A stretch of 64,000 bases of DNA from Auanema rhodensis (lineage: Eukaryota; Animalia; Nematoda), in contig OZ059895.1 of assembly GCA_964057225.1 (NCBI GenBank), positions 18,600,001-18,664,000 of the forward strand, in the 5' to 3' direction. Shown in pieces: positions 12,564 to 27,229 of this stretch. A model generated the notes under the pieces. It was not told the DNA's origin. It saw only the letters and a list, made by a program, of their open reading frames with translations, and ran no database searches. The translations under genes and the position numbers were made by a program. Each line of letters begins with the position of its first letter. The stretch's first letter is position 1.

Positions 12564-15500
12564 TAGAGAGAGAGAGAGGGAATGCGAGAGAATTCATGTA
12601 CATAAGTTGAATATATGTTTTATCTATTATCAGAAATTCAAATATCATACGGGAATAGAAATGACTTTTGCTTAAAAATCATCACATGCCTGATAAATTC
12701 CAGCCTTGTCTCTCGCTCAATTTAAGACTGAAGTTCATGTTATCATCATATTTCATAAAACTACTCTAAAATCTATTTGTTAGTTGTGCAAGTTTAAAAA
12801 AGATCATATGTTTCTGTTGATGTTGTTGTTAGTTCATTAGATCTAACATCCAAGTAACCTTTCATCCGCTTGCTCGACAAGATTAAGAGCAGACAGGCAT
12901 AAAACTTTTTTTTTTCTTTTTTTTTGCCAAAAAAACAAGAAAATAGTCTTAAGAATATACTATAGATGATGATTATATTGTATTATTTATAAGAAGAATT
13001 GAATATACATAGTATATGGAACTATATACTTTATATTTCAATGTAACAGATGGTTGACAAGAGACATTATAACCTTAGTCGATGAGGATACTAAATGTCA
13101 TAAAATTGGCTTTCAAACATCCCATATGAAAACGAAAAAGAACATCATCTTTGTCATCTTCATCATGAACCTGATGTTTAATATAAATTGAATGCAGCAA
13201 GAAAATACATTGAATCTTTGAAGAGGGAAGAGGGAGGCTAAGGGGGTTTCAGTAAGCCAATAAATCTGTCGATGGTAAAATCTGTTACCAGTTAACAGAC
13301 AACAAGCAAGAGCATTTCTAAACCATCATTGCTTAGATTAGGGCTATGATCAGATTATTTCAGCATGTCATCATCAAAGTTCAACATATATGGGACAATT
13401 TCCTTTAGCTACACACAACTATTCGTTTGTGGCTCGTCCGACGTTGCCGTATTCGGCTACTATACCGACAGTCTTTCATCCAGTTGTTGGCCATGCACTG
13501 ATAGATCCTAAAGAGCCTGATTTCGAGACTATTAGCATGAAAGTAAGATAGAAGATGATATTTGAACATCAAAATTTTATGATTGATCTTTCAGGCATTA
13601 GGTGGCTTTCTCTTAATTATAAATGATAATGGAGAAATATACTATGCATCCGAAAACGTTGAGCAGTTCTTAGGATTTCATCAGGTACATCTATAATTCA
13701 GAAAATTACTATGTTTTCATCAATTTTTCTTTATCTTTTCTTCATTCTTTTTCTTTTTCCAAATCAAATAATTGCAGTCTGATATACTTCACCAGCCATT
13801 ATTTGATTTAATTCATTCGGAAGATCGTGAAGATATTCGTCAACAACTAGACATTTCATTTGGAATGCCATCTAGCTCATCCAGTACATCTCAGGATATA
13901 TTTCTTCCAGGTTTTTTCATTTCTTTTTTCCTTTTCCAATGATCATTTTCTCTATTTTTCAAGAAAATCTATGTTATCTGGAACGTAATGTAAATGCTCG
14001 ATTTCGATGTTTACTTGATAATACCTGTGGCTTTCTCGTAAGTCTATATTAACAAAATAAACAAATTTAGTTTTTTTAAGCGAATTGATATGAGAGGAAA
14101 GCTTATGGCTATTCATGGATTACCATCTTCATATGTTCTTGGTCGATCGACTACTGGACCTGTTTTAGGATTAGCTGTAGTTTGCACGTAAGTAGTTCAA
14201 ACATATTATTTTCTTTTTTAAAATTTTACTAAAATGCTCAAAATAAGGTTTTTAGACCATTCGTTCCGCCAACATCTGAATCTCCGCCCGAGGATATGAT
14301 ATTAAAGACAAAACATCATCTTGACGGAGCTTTAGTATCCATGGATGAGAAGTAAACAAATATTTTATAGCGAAAATTACAAAAAAAAAAACTTTTTTTT
14401 AGAGTACATGCTATGCTAGAATTATCCGAAACAGAATTACCAATAAGCTTTTATCAGCTGATACATGTTGAAGATGCTTTTTGTTTAGCAGAAGCTCATA
14501 AAGAAGGTTAGTTCAATTATTATTATTATTATTATTATTTAAAAATAAATTTAGTTTTGAAAAATGGCTCATCTGGCTTACTCATATATCGATTAATAAG
14601 TTCAAAGTCTAAGCGAACTTATTTTGTTCAAAGTAGTTGCCGAATGTTTTATAAAAACGGAAAACCCGAGTCAATAGGCTTGACTCATCGACTACTAAAG
14701 TTTGTTATTTTTCCATCTCAACTAATAACTTCCATTGTTCTTCTATTTTGAAACAAAATCATCAAAATGATTATTTCAGTGAAGTTGAAGGCACAATGCT
14801 ATTAGAAAAGCGATCTTCTTTAAAAGCAAAACTACTATCATTTGATGATTCATATCTACAATCGCCAAGAAATTTACAATCAACTGCAGCTTTACCTCTT
14901 CCTGCTACTAAAGAAGAATACACGGATGATGATGGGTAAATAGGAAATTTACTTGATTTACTTAGATTTATACAATTCTCGTAGATATTGGTTTATGAAA
15001 TAATTTCAGGTTCAACTTTTCCACGACATTACCAGCTTCAACATCTTTGCGATCGAAGAAACAAGCAGGTCATGCTGCTCGAGAGGAGCAATTGGCTCTT
15101 CCTGCTTCTATTCCTGCACCAACAGCATTAGTTTCAAAACTTCCTATCGATCAATGGCATTTCCTTAATCATGCTGTGAGTTTCACGTAAAGTGGATTGT
15201 TTGTTATAGCAATTCATTTCTTATTTCTTACACGTGAAGAGCGGTTGATCATTCATTCGCTTCATCTGATATTCTTTCTTTCATGATTTTCATTGCAGCC
15301 TATGTCTGATTTCGCATCAACAGTATCATTTCCTCATCATCTGCATCCAACAGCTGATCATCAAGCATGGAATTCAAACGATATGTGGGCCAATGGTACG
15401 GATATATACGCATATCAACAACAACGTAAGTTCTATTTCATCATGAAACTGTTTGACATAATGATTGTAGGAATACATCCAGTTGCTCATCCCCAGTATC

Positions 15501-16020
15501 CCATACCAGCAGCGCCAACCAGCTCAGCACCACCAGCAGTACTTCATCCAATTCAAGGATATACGGAATTAGATTATCAATGGCATGGACATCAGCCTAT
15601 GAGTATGCAATGTAAGACTTACAAAAAGTTATTTTTTCTAATTATAATTATAATTACAGCATCAATTCCATCAACACCCTTAGCATTACCAGATATGACA
15701 GATTCAACATCGATGTCTTCATCATCATCCGTATATTCACAAAAAATTGATCCACGATATGGATATATAGAGTATGGCAAGGTTAGTTAATTCCAACATA
15801 TCAACTTGAAGCATACAATTCATAGAAAATATTGATTAATGTTATTAACAATTCTAATGTTTCAAAGACATATGCCTACTACTTCATTCAGCATATCTTC
15901 ATTCCAATGTTTCAGGCACCTATCTCTGGCTATCCTACGATATCAGCAGTTTTATCAAATACATCAACCACGGGATTTAACCTTATATCGGAAGTAACAA
16001 ATACTTTGTTGGGACAATGA
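7889..16020 (+). CDS. ahr-1: Aryl hydrocarbon receptor (bHLH-PAS), about 17 exons
   Basis: Exon 7889-7926 reads MYASKRRQRNFKR and exon 11522-11603 reads VREPTKPSTTSNPSKRHRERLNGELET. Exon 11693-11798 contains LDKLSVLRLAVSYLQAKAHFQ. PAS exons at 13.4-14.9 kb include LERNVNARFRCLLDNTCGFL and KNGSSGLLIYRL...QSSCRMFYKNGKPESIGLTHRLL. The last exon ends LLGQ* at 16020. Confidence 0.95.
12507..12578. repeat. (AG)n microsatellite, ahr-1 intron 3
   Basis: Explains the spurious ERERE/SLSLS ORFs in the track. Confidence 0.95.
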
Positions 16021-18570
16021 ACAGTCATAAAGCAGTCAAACAGCATACTCCGCTCACTTAATAGAATATTAATTATTATAAAGTTATAGTACAGTTAATC
16101 ATGTTTTACTTATACTTATAAACAAACATTTCTGTGATTTTGCACTTACCATAATGATCTGTACTCAATTCGGATATAGGGTTTTAACTTATTTAATTTA
16201 TATATAATTAACAATATTATTCATTTTATGTGTATTATTATTGTATCAGATTCATTGCCAATATTCAGATCTCATCATGTGCTGTTTATATAAATCTGAT
16301 TGTTTGTATTTAGTTAAATGATTAAAATAACAATAATAAAGTAATCATGTGATATATAGTATCTTTACTGATTATCTTCATTTTGCGTTTTTTTTTGCTA
16401 TTCAACACAGAATTTGCCAATACAACCGGATCTACTTAGAAGCATTATATAGTTTTTCTTATAAGAAAAAGGGTTGAAATCATCAGTATAATTGATATCA
16501 TTATGTTTTTCTATTTGTGATAGCTCTTGAATCGTAATTGAAAATCCGGCTATCATATGGGACTCATCTTCAGATGACCTGTTCTTCACACACATCGTAC
16601 ACCGTCTCTATCGTTCTAGCTCTCACAAGCGATAGAGCTAACAAAAAATTCATGATAGATATATCGCTTTCTCACACTTCATACATCGTTTTTTCATTTT
16701 TTTTCGATTTTCTCACGCCTAAAGACAATTCTATTTTCATTGTTGTTTCTGAAATCAAAACAGTATATTTGGATTTAACCAAATATGCGATCATGTCTTC
16801 GTTAAATAAAGAAACCTTGTTCATTCTCAAGGTTCAGTCAGAAGACCACACTAGTCTTGTCTTTCAATTCGTAGAACTTATTCTATTCTAATAGTATTCC
16901 CAAATATGAATATCAAAATGGTTTGTCATTCTTCGATGTGTATTTTATCGCTTTCTCACAACAATTAATGCTCATTTTTCAAGTTATACTTCTTATTCCA
17001 CTTATATAACTATATTTGTTTTCTTGTAAGTGATACTCAAAACTTAAACAAGCTAAACTTGAACATTACTGAAACGAACTAAGTTGTTCTCCCTAACGCA
17101 ACATCTTTCCTTGTTCTGCTTACGACTCCCATTAGGGCTCGTTCCAAAACTCTTGAGATTTAACTATGAATACGAAATATCAGGAAGCAAATCATGACAG
17201 GGCAGCTGTAGCATTTTTGCTCTACCCCTTTCATAAACTAGAAGATTTTCGGTATTTCAACTCGAAAACCAGACCACTCCATCCATGAGCATATATATAC
17301 AAATATATATGTATATATATATGTATATATGTATATACATATTTATGGTTAAGCAAACTCAATACAATTCTTACCTCTATTTAGTCTCCTACAAACATTT
17401 TTTTTCCTTTCTGTGTGAGGCCATCACCTCTTTACCGTCCGGAAATTGAAGTTGATGCATTCAGGCTTGAATAGGTGCGGCACACTCATAACAAATATGT
17501 TCTCTTCTTCGTTGTCGCAATGCGAGCGCATCGGTTTTCTTGCAGGACCGGTCATCATGAACCTGGCTCAGAGATAGAGTCTAGACAGAATACCTCTCAT
17601 TTGACTATTCTCTCTGACGGCATGATCTTCGTCTTCCTATTGCTATCTATTTCACTAGCGCTAAAACGACTTAATTCTGTTAATGCACAACAAAATTTGC
17701 TTGACGCAAATTTTTGTCTTGTCTGACAGAGTACTTGCGGCTATTTCCTGAAATTAGCAAGTTGCCATTTTTAAATATTTATTTTACTAATTATTTCTCT
17801 AGCAGCATATATTCTTTCCAGTGGTTTAGATATGGCCATTTGTCCGCTACGGAATCGGATATGTTTTCATAGACGGCTCTCCTTACAATCATCTGTTCTA
17901 ATAACATTTCAATAGTATCACAAGTATAATATTCATTTCCTCACAATAAAAACAAGAAAAACGAAAAACTTTTCTTTCATTTTTTCTTTTCGTCTTTCTA
18001 AAAGAAATAACAATATTCATTTGGTGATATCTGCTGTGAGATTTCACTTTTATAACAATAATAGGTTAAGTTGTGTAGGAAAGTTCATGCAAACATTAAA
18101 CTTTGTATCAAAACTCACTTATCATAGTATTCGAAATTCGTGTCCAATATCATTCGTATTTCTTTCCCATTTTGCGGATAGATTCTTAGCACATTTCTCT
18201 TTGCTTGCTGTAACTCATCTGTGACTTCATTTTTTTCAATGTTCTTTACGCTCTCTTAAAGACGAATAGTATCTAGTTCACAGATCATTGACGATTAACT
18301 ATCAATACGGCTCTAACGATGAGCTTCTGTACACAAGCTGTTGTGTGAGAGAGAGAGAGCTAGGGAAAAGGAAGAACGAAGTTAGCAAATGAGCATTCGA
18401 TTGCTACTTATAGTCAAACACCTAGTAACCACTTCAACGTTATGTTACATGTCATTTACCCTCTCCACTCGATATATCATTTTCTGAAAGTATAATAAAT
18501 CATTATTGAAACCAACCAACATGTGCATCTACATAATTTCAAATAAATAATAAAATCCTTAATATTTCAC

Positions 18571-18594
18571 GTTCACGTGTTCACGTGTTCACGT
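18571..18594. repeat. (GTTCACGT)3 tandem repeat containing three CACGTG E-boxes
   Basis: Read directly from the sequence. Confidence 0.9.
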
Positions 18595-21500
18595 GCACAT
18601 AAGTTACGCCAGTGTATGACGTGTGTATATCATATGCGCCATTAATCTTATCTTTAGATATTTAAATAATTCAAATTTTTTGTCGGAATGAGAATGCTTG
18701 TTTTTTTCTAACTTCCAGTTGTATCTTTGCGCTTTTCGTCGTTGAAATGCATATCTTTGTCGTGAAATTATTGTTGTAGACTACAATATATTCTTTGTGC
18801 TAATACATAAAGTTCGTTTATCCACTTTACCCATAGTTTGTCTCTCTTGGTTTGCATAAAAAATGACAGCTTTTTTTGGTTTCGTTGACAATCTGTCAAG
18901 TTTATGCTGACAGTATGCTTAGAAGTAGGTGGAATTGGTCATTTCGCAAGTCAATACAGTACTTCCTTCTTTATAACTCAATTCAAAACTCATTAACTAA
19001 GTGGTTAACTTTCAATTGTTTAGAATTGAAACTATCAATTTCTATAATGTATTCCCTTGATTATCTGTTTAATTGTAATTATGTGAGTTCCAATGAAATT
19101 TCATTCTTCTAGCATTTTACTGCTTTTCCTTAATCTGATTTACTTAACCATAAATGAGATCAGCGCATTTTTCATCTGATTTTCTCAATTCTTTCTCTGG
19201 CTCATTCTTTCTGACCACTAGAATTCTATTTCTTTTCCTTTTGGTTCTTCCTCGCTGTTTTGCTTTGTCGCCAGTCTGACCACCATGGTCAGAAAGAGTA
19301 AGAAAGGAAAAGAAGATAGTTGGTAGCTCGTTGAGTTCTATGAGCTTTTCAAATTCATTCCGTTATTGCTGGATGCATTCGCATAACCATATTAGGCTCA
19401 GATGACTACTCATTTGGCACTCATCAGCCGCAAATGTAATCACAACCTCCCTCTCATACTCCTTTTCCAATTTTGTCATAGTCTGTTTTACCATGTTCTT
19501 TAGTGTTTATAGTATTCTATTTTTAATATTCTCTTTTCATGAATTGTTCGTATTAGTCTCAAAGTCGAATTAACGACATTGTTTATATAAATAAGGTTGT
19601 AATTGATCTTATTATGCTATTGGCCTTGATATTTTATATATAACATTAGAAAAATCAAGTTTTCCTTTCACTTGAAATCAGCTGATTAGCAGACGCAACT
19701 GAAGATGATTTGTTATATCTTATTATGAATAATGTTCAAAATCAGACAGTTAATAGCGGCTTTTCGGATCATCTCATAAATAGAAAATTAATGGCCTGAC
19801 ATCAATTGTAATCAATGCTGACAGACATATGTTTTGAAGTTTCACTTTCCATTTAAGATTTTAATATTTTCACTTCTTCAACACTTAATTTTGACAGATG
19901 CTAAACTTCTCTTTCATCTTTTTCTCCGTTATTTCCAATTGTTATCGCATTTTATTTTTTAATTTCTTATTTCCTACTACCAAATGATTGGGCTTTATGT
20001 AACATGATTTCATATATTTGAATCAGCTTATCCTAATATAGTTATATCTCGTGCATTGGTTCGTCGATCCATTGCTCTATTCTGTTCTATTGAAGAGACA
20101 CTCGAACACGAACAATATGCCTTCTTCTGAAAGCTTCGTCTTCCTCTTCTTGTTCTGATTCTATTTCTTACTGATGTAGAGCCTTTTTCTTTATAATATT
20201 CAAATGTCCATATATTGCAATAGTCTACTTCCTCCCTTTATTTATGTTCCACTTGTTTCGTTTTCTGCCAATTTTTAAACTTGCTTACAACTTTATTTCT
20301 CATATATTTCAATCGTTCGATACTGTTTCTAAATCTATGGTCAGCACAATTACCGAATAATTTATTTTCGCCTAATTATAATTCCTATAAATTATTTGCG
20401 AGACATTCAGCAAAAGTCGGCCGATTTTTGATTTTTTTTTCTTTTCAAAGACGGCCTGTAACGTTTTTTTGTCTAAAATTACCCTGTATGTCTTCTGTAT
20501 TTTCGATTGTAATCTTATTTGTTGTATTCTTAACTTTCACATTTCATCATTATTTTAGTACAAAATAGAAAATCGTTCCTTGATTTCTTTGTTTGAGAGT
20601 TTACATTAATCATCGGACAATTTTTTAAGGTTCTTTTTTGGCTCTGACCAAGAGAAGAGACAACTACTAGAAGTATTAATCCACTTTATTTGAATACAAG
20701 GAAATTTTAAAGAGCAAAACTATTTCTAATCCAAGTAAGTTACCTCCAATTTTCAAAGATTAGTTGACACTTTTATACTATTTTCTATTGCAATGACTTT
20801 AATTAACTAGCGATTTACTACATCATAAGTACTCTTTTGACCTTCTATGTCGATTTTTACACAATTTTTCTTAGTTTTTTTCTTTTTCTCTTTTCGTTTG
20901 TTCAATTATTTAGAGTACTTTGACGGAACTATTTTTATTAAAAATCACAACATTTAACCTTTTCTAATACACAATTCTTTTTAATAATATCATAACTATA
21001 TTGTCAATGTGTTCTAAAGCTTACAATGTCTTTTTTTTATGCTATCTTACTTTTTCAAAGATTAATTATGTTTTACCCATTAAAGCTTACTGCCATATAT
21101 TACGAGCATTTTTGTCTCTCATTTCCCTCTTATTTCAACCTGTTTTTGACTAGTTCATTGGCTAATTACAACACTTTGCAGCTAGGCTTTGACTCTAAAC
21201 GCTAGTTTTTCTGTTATTCCTATACATAAAAGCTCTCGATTATTCTGTACATGGTCTGCTTGTATATATCTCGTATGGCTAGCTCTACATGTTTTTTTCA
21301 TGAGCAATATCCAGTTGTCTTTTGTTTTAATGATTGACTTCGTTGATTTTAAAGCGAAATCGTCTTGCCTCCAATAGCCATTATCCTTTTATGGGTGCGT
21401 CTTTTGCCATTACATTTTCCGTTAAGGACAACCTTTATCGTTTACCTTTACAACTGGTTGTTTTTGCAATTTTGCAAATCATCTTCCTCTCTTAGTTAGA

Positions 21501-24500
21501 ACTTCCCTATTCATTGCATTGCTTTCAAACTTTTACGGCCGTCTTCATCTTGGTTCAATTTCTAAATTGTAACTTTCGATTTTTTTTTTTCTGCTATTAT
21601 ATCCAATAGTCATCATCATCATCATCATATTCACCGTTAATTGAACACCGGCTAACTGGGGCTATTAGCATTTCTCTGAGTAGTGAAAGAAGATCCGCTA
21701 GAAAGATTGAACAGCCTGGTCACTAGAATCTTGAACTCAAAAGCTACGAAAGTGTGAGCGTGTCTTGTCGACCAGAAACATCTATAGTCCGCATGATCGT
21801 TAGAGCCATGTATAAAAATCTCCTTTTTCGCAAACAAACTTGGAAAATTGAAGAAAAAAAGAATCATATTTCTTTATGTGTGATATTGCCCGTAAATGGA
21901 ATGTTAACGGATGTTTATTATTGCATATTTAGTCAATGTATATTGAATAAATACTCATCCATACACAATAATAGACCCATATTTCACCTTTGAAAACATC
22001 AGTTTGATCAGTCGTTTAGATGTTTTTTTTATTCTTAAACTTTTTTCGTGTCTATCTTTTTCCTTTTGATCCTAGGCTACCTATTCGGAACGAAATCTGA
22101 AATTACGAGGAATCGTATGTCCTGTATAAGACTCCAAAAGGCTTGACTGACCTCGATACATTCATCTAATCATGTTCGTCATCGTATTCTTCTGTTTCTT
22201 TGACTTCTTTTTAACTTTATTCATTTTTCCGAAATCAAACATCAGATTTTATTTATTTCATTAAAGTTTTAAGTCGGTTTATTATGTAAGCAAACTTATC
22301 TTCTCACACTCTAAACTTGCAATAATCTTTTTTTTTTTCATCTCATTGACATCTAGCTTTTCGAAACATTTGCCTCTTCTCGTTTTGTGTCCTCCTAATC
22401 GAAGTGCCTTAACAAGAGAACCTTTTGTGTCCGTCTTGTGTTAATTAGTTGCCATTTTGGCGCTCGAAACACAGTGCAATACTAGACAGACATCAGCAGC
22501 AAGTACTAGCTGAATTTCGTATATTTCAGTTTATCTTTCTTTGAAAAAAACAGTTTTTGTCTTTTTCATCTGCGGTTCATCAATGTTATTCCAGCTCTTA
22601 TTTGAAACGGTAATGAAATTATGTCTTGTTATCAGATGTTACCATCAAATATCTAATTTTCGATTCATCGCCTTCATGTACCTGCCCTACCTTGTTGCTA
22701 TAAGCATATCCTTCAGCTTTATCTAAATCTGATAATTAGTTTTTCAACTGGCTCGCTTATATAGTGCGATATAACACATTTCTCCCTTTTTTGTGTTTCA
22801 AGGCTTAGTATGTGTGTAGCATTCACCAACTGTCTTTTGTTGTTTTTTTGACTAACGTTCTACTTATTTGTGTTAAACTGACACCTTGAAGTTGGTTCAA
22901 ATCTAAAAACCGGTTGATAGGTGTAGCTTTACCAGTTGCCAACTACAACATTTCAAGCTTGCTTATTTAACTAAGTTTCAAAATATTTTTAACATTCTTT
23001 GTTTCTTCAAATATATCTGAATCTGTTGTTTGGACCCAACTGACCATCTGGCCAGATGTGAAATATATTCATTTAGAATCTTTTCAATACATTCTTTATC
23101 TTCTTTCAACTTTTCATATGCATTTTCCTGCACATTTTCTACTTTTTTCTATTAATTGCCCGAGATTAATACATTCTTTAGATTCTATACGGTTGCTGAA
23201 ACGACCATTTTTCTCGATTTTCCTACAATGTTTTACTCACTTTGAGACATTCTGAGTAACGAATTGAGTTCCCACAAACGAATGAGTCAGATACCTTACC
23301 TGCTGACTAACAGCCTAAGGTTCTTTTTTGGTCATTTACATACAGATGACCCGATAAAAGGCCGTTTTAAAAAAACAATACAACAGCCGGCCAGATGAAA
23401 CATGTTTCTGATCCTGTTATGTTACATGGAACATTCAAAAATCTGAAATGCTGTTCATGTCCTTCATTTCAACACTCACCTTTTTGGTTTTTTAATTTTT
23501 TTTTTGCACGATTATCAATACTGTTTTCCTTTGGAAATCGACTACTCACATTTGCATTTGTTTGGTTTCGTTATGTTCCTCACATTTGATAGATGTTCAA
23601 AACGAATAGAGATAGAGAGCGGCCACATATAACATAAAACATACAATATCCAATATTTTCTTTTCTTTTCTTATTTTTTTTACAGTTTTTCATTTTTCTT
23701 GATTTTATATGATCTGTTTTCCATCTTTTTCAAATGTTTTCAACGAAAAAAATACAGTTTTTGTCGGGATACGTACGTATCCATCCTATTTTCATGGAAA
23801 AAGACTTTGTCTTTCTCTCTTTTGTGAAGTTTGCCTCAATGAGTAACTAGGCCAACAAATCCTTAATCAGAAACGTCTAAATAAGTGAAAAATTGAGATT
23901 TTTTTGACTATCCTGAATAAAAATGTCATTAATTCCGACTTTTCTTAATTCATTATGGTTAAAATATATCGGTTTTCTGTTTTTATACTATGATTTCGTC
24001 TTGTAGTTTCTGAAAATGAAATAATACTGAATTCAACTAATAAAGACGTGTTGCATCTGTCAACAGAACGATCTATCTGATGGTGTGAAGCCAGGTGATA
24101 AATGGCTTTGCCAATCAATGTCACACCAAGTCCATTTCTTCGCAGATTGCACAATGTTTGGTCATTTATCTATTTCTTCGTTTCCAAATCTGGCTATCTT
24201 GATCAATGTGCCAATAGTTGCTTGCCTTAGCTTGTTGATTGACTGAGGGCAATTGTCGACACAGCAATATTTATTTTTTTAAATCTATACGTCGTAACCT
24301 ATGACCATAGAAAGAATATGAATGAGAACTGACTCTTATTCAACAATGGCAGCTTGTCATTTGATGGTCAAATGATGAAATTGAACAGGCAACAAGCAGA
24401 AACTATGGAGAACTGTCAGTTGTAGAGGTGAAAAGACTCTGAAGATGGCGCTTTTTGGACTGAAACCGGGGAGCAATCGTCCTTGAAAAGTCAGCAGCCC

Positions 24501-27185
24501 CCAGATAGAATGATTCTTTTTTCTGATTCTCTATCTGCAAACCTTAACTGCGTATGAGAATAAGTTGTTGATGTGCGCTATGAAAAGAAAACAGAAGAAA
24601 CTCAACTAAAGCCCGCCGCAAGATTGAAAAAGCATAACTGTACTATAGAATAATTTTTTGTCCTTTTTTCTATTCATCATTTAAAAACCTTGTATGACTA
24701 AAACATAGTTTTTATCGATGTCCTTGTCCTCACCTTTAGGTGTTTAGATTGATTATCTAATTTGTGACTCATTAATGTTAATTATAATTATAAAAATGAT
24801 TATCTGTTCTTATCAGCCTCATCTATTTCCGGTCATTAATGTTTTCTAATATATTTTGTCAACCACAAATCATTTACTATACTGTTTCTGATGATTTAAG
24901 TGATAATAATGTTTTTTCTTACGATCTTTTATCAAAAACCCATTAGATGTATTTGAATTTGACATTATTTCCCACAGTTTCTGTATATCACACTTCCATG
25001 TAGAGAATAGAGGGAGGTCTACACTTTTAGTTACATGTTTTTTTCCTCCTTTGTACGATTTTTCTGCACTCTCCTCTGATTTAATGGTTAGATTTTTCCT
25101 TTCTATGTAAAAAAGTCGATGCTTTTTCTTAACTTCTTAGTACACGAGATCTATTCAACCAATCTATTTTCCTCACATGTAGATCTATGGTCGTCATTTA
25201 TTTTCAAGATTCTACGAGTTTAGAGTCATTTAAACGTCTCCCAGAAACCAGATGTTTGCTATTTCTGAAAATATTTTCTTTACAACATCATCTACCAACA
25301 TCTTATCTTCAGTTAATCATTCTTTTCTATATTCAATATATCCTATCAGTCTATTTCTTCACTTTTTGCTCGATGTCATCATCATCATCTTCAACTTTTT
25401 CTTCCACTTCTTCATGATTTTCGTTTGTCCAGTTCAGATTTTTACATCATACATCCATCCAGCTGATTGACAGACCTATATCTCAATTATTTTCTCATCG
25501 ATTTCTCGTGTTTTCATTGCTTATCATTGTTTTGATTTCTCCCCTAAATGTCTTTTTCTTCAAGAAAAATCACTATGTTTGTTCATTTTTTCTCCAAAAC
25601 TGTAATTTACTCAATACTCGTAATCACTGTCGCTTCTTTCATTGACGTTCTTCTCTCACACTCCGTGTTTCCTCGCTATTTCATACATATTCTTTAGCTT
25701 TTTAAAATGTCTTTGTCTTCATTTCTTCACAGCATTTTTAGAAACTTTTGTCTATGTCATATCTGTGGCAATTACATGTGGTAAAAACTACGACTTTGAA
25801 TGTTGACAGTTCAGCCTTCGATTGTGTTTTGTTCATCATATTGTATTTCTTTTAATCACTCATTAACTCTTCGGTTCAACAATTCTCGATTAAAAGCGAT
25901 TCTAAAGATTCATTATGTTTGTCGAAACTATGCAATCCATCTTTCCTTTTATTAGCTTAATTGCTTTCAAGGCCTGAAAAACAGTATTTAAAAAAAAATA
26001 GAAAAGTATCAATTAAGACCTCACATACCTATAGTATCATGATTGAAGTAGTATATTCCTTGTGCCGACTTTTTTGTTTCGGTAGAAAGAAAAAGAAAAA
26101 ACAGCAAAATCTCACTTCTTTGTGAAGTGCACGCCGCATCATAGCCTCTGGTGCCCACTAACACCTTTTAGAAGTATCATCTTGAAATAAACTCATAAAA
26201 CGTGAACTTTACGTGAACATGTTTTGTTCATTTTCTTGTTTATTGGCGCATGCAGCGGTTGCTCATATTAGATCTCTTTTATAATTTTTATAATTATAGT
26301 ATTCTTTCCTTTCTTTTTTGATGTTATATCTTTTATTACCATTTCTTTCTTTTTTTATGAAGTTTTGCTGAACAATTTATTATATTGATCATATAATTAG
26401 CTAACTACGTTTATTCAAAACGATTTTGCTTTGTTTTATTTGAAAAAAAATTGCTTGCTGCTTGGTGATGACGATGATGATGATGAAGAATGAATCAAAT
26501 ATAAGGACATCGTCTAGTTTACAACATCGTTTTCCTAACGCTCTGAAGACTCCTGCCATTGTACTATATCTATCTATCTTCTAATGTATATTGGTTCGCA
26601 TCACTGTCATCTTTCATCACTTACTGGTCATTTTACCGTTTTTTTTCCATAAAATAGTATACCGGATATTTGAATATTCCTTAACTTTTGATTCAAAAAA
26701 AGGTTGAACTAGATTATACATGTATGTACGAGTCATTTATCATATATGTTCATGTTATCAACCTAATAATACCGTTTCGTTGTCCAATCTGGTTTTATGC
26801 TATACGATGATGACCATAGAAGCAACATTAGAGTCGAATTCGTTCGATAGTTTATCGGTTACTAAGATCATTTTATCAAATCGTTTATATATCTGGTTCT
26901 AACACTAGGGCTCTTTATCTAGTCAATTTATATATTTTCTTGAACTTTAGCTATCTACTTATCTTATAATTATAACAAAAAATTATGTTTTACTCTCTAG
27001 CTATGCTGTGTTTCTCTCGATTTTAAACCTGTTTCTTTTTTCTATTTCCTTTAACACTCTGGGTCCAAGATTTTTTATCTTTCCGTTATGGATTAGTTAC
27101 CTAACTAAGTTACTCGATGTAATAGATATCATCTGGCATAAAGTTGGTTGACAGTTGTCCTCTCAGCCAAACTCTTTTAGCCCAT

Positions 27186-27189
<4 letters not shown>

Positions 27190-27228
<39 letters not shown>
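27190..27228. repeat. (AG)n microsatellite
   Basis: Read directly from the sequence. Confidence 0.95.

Positions 27229-27229
<1 letters not shown>

Noticed and set aside
19440-19462. TCACAACCTCC, matching the 5' half of miR-67/miR-307
   Set aside because: Only 11 nt match and there is no complementary arm to form a pre-miRNA.
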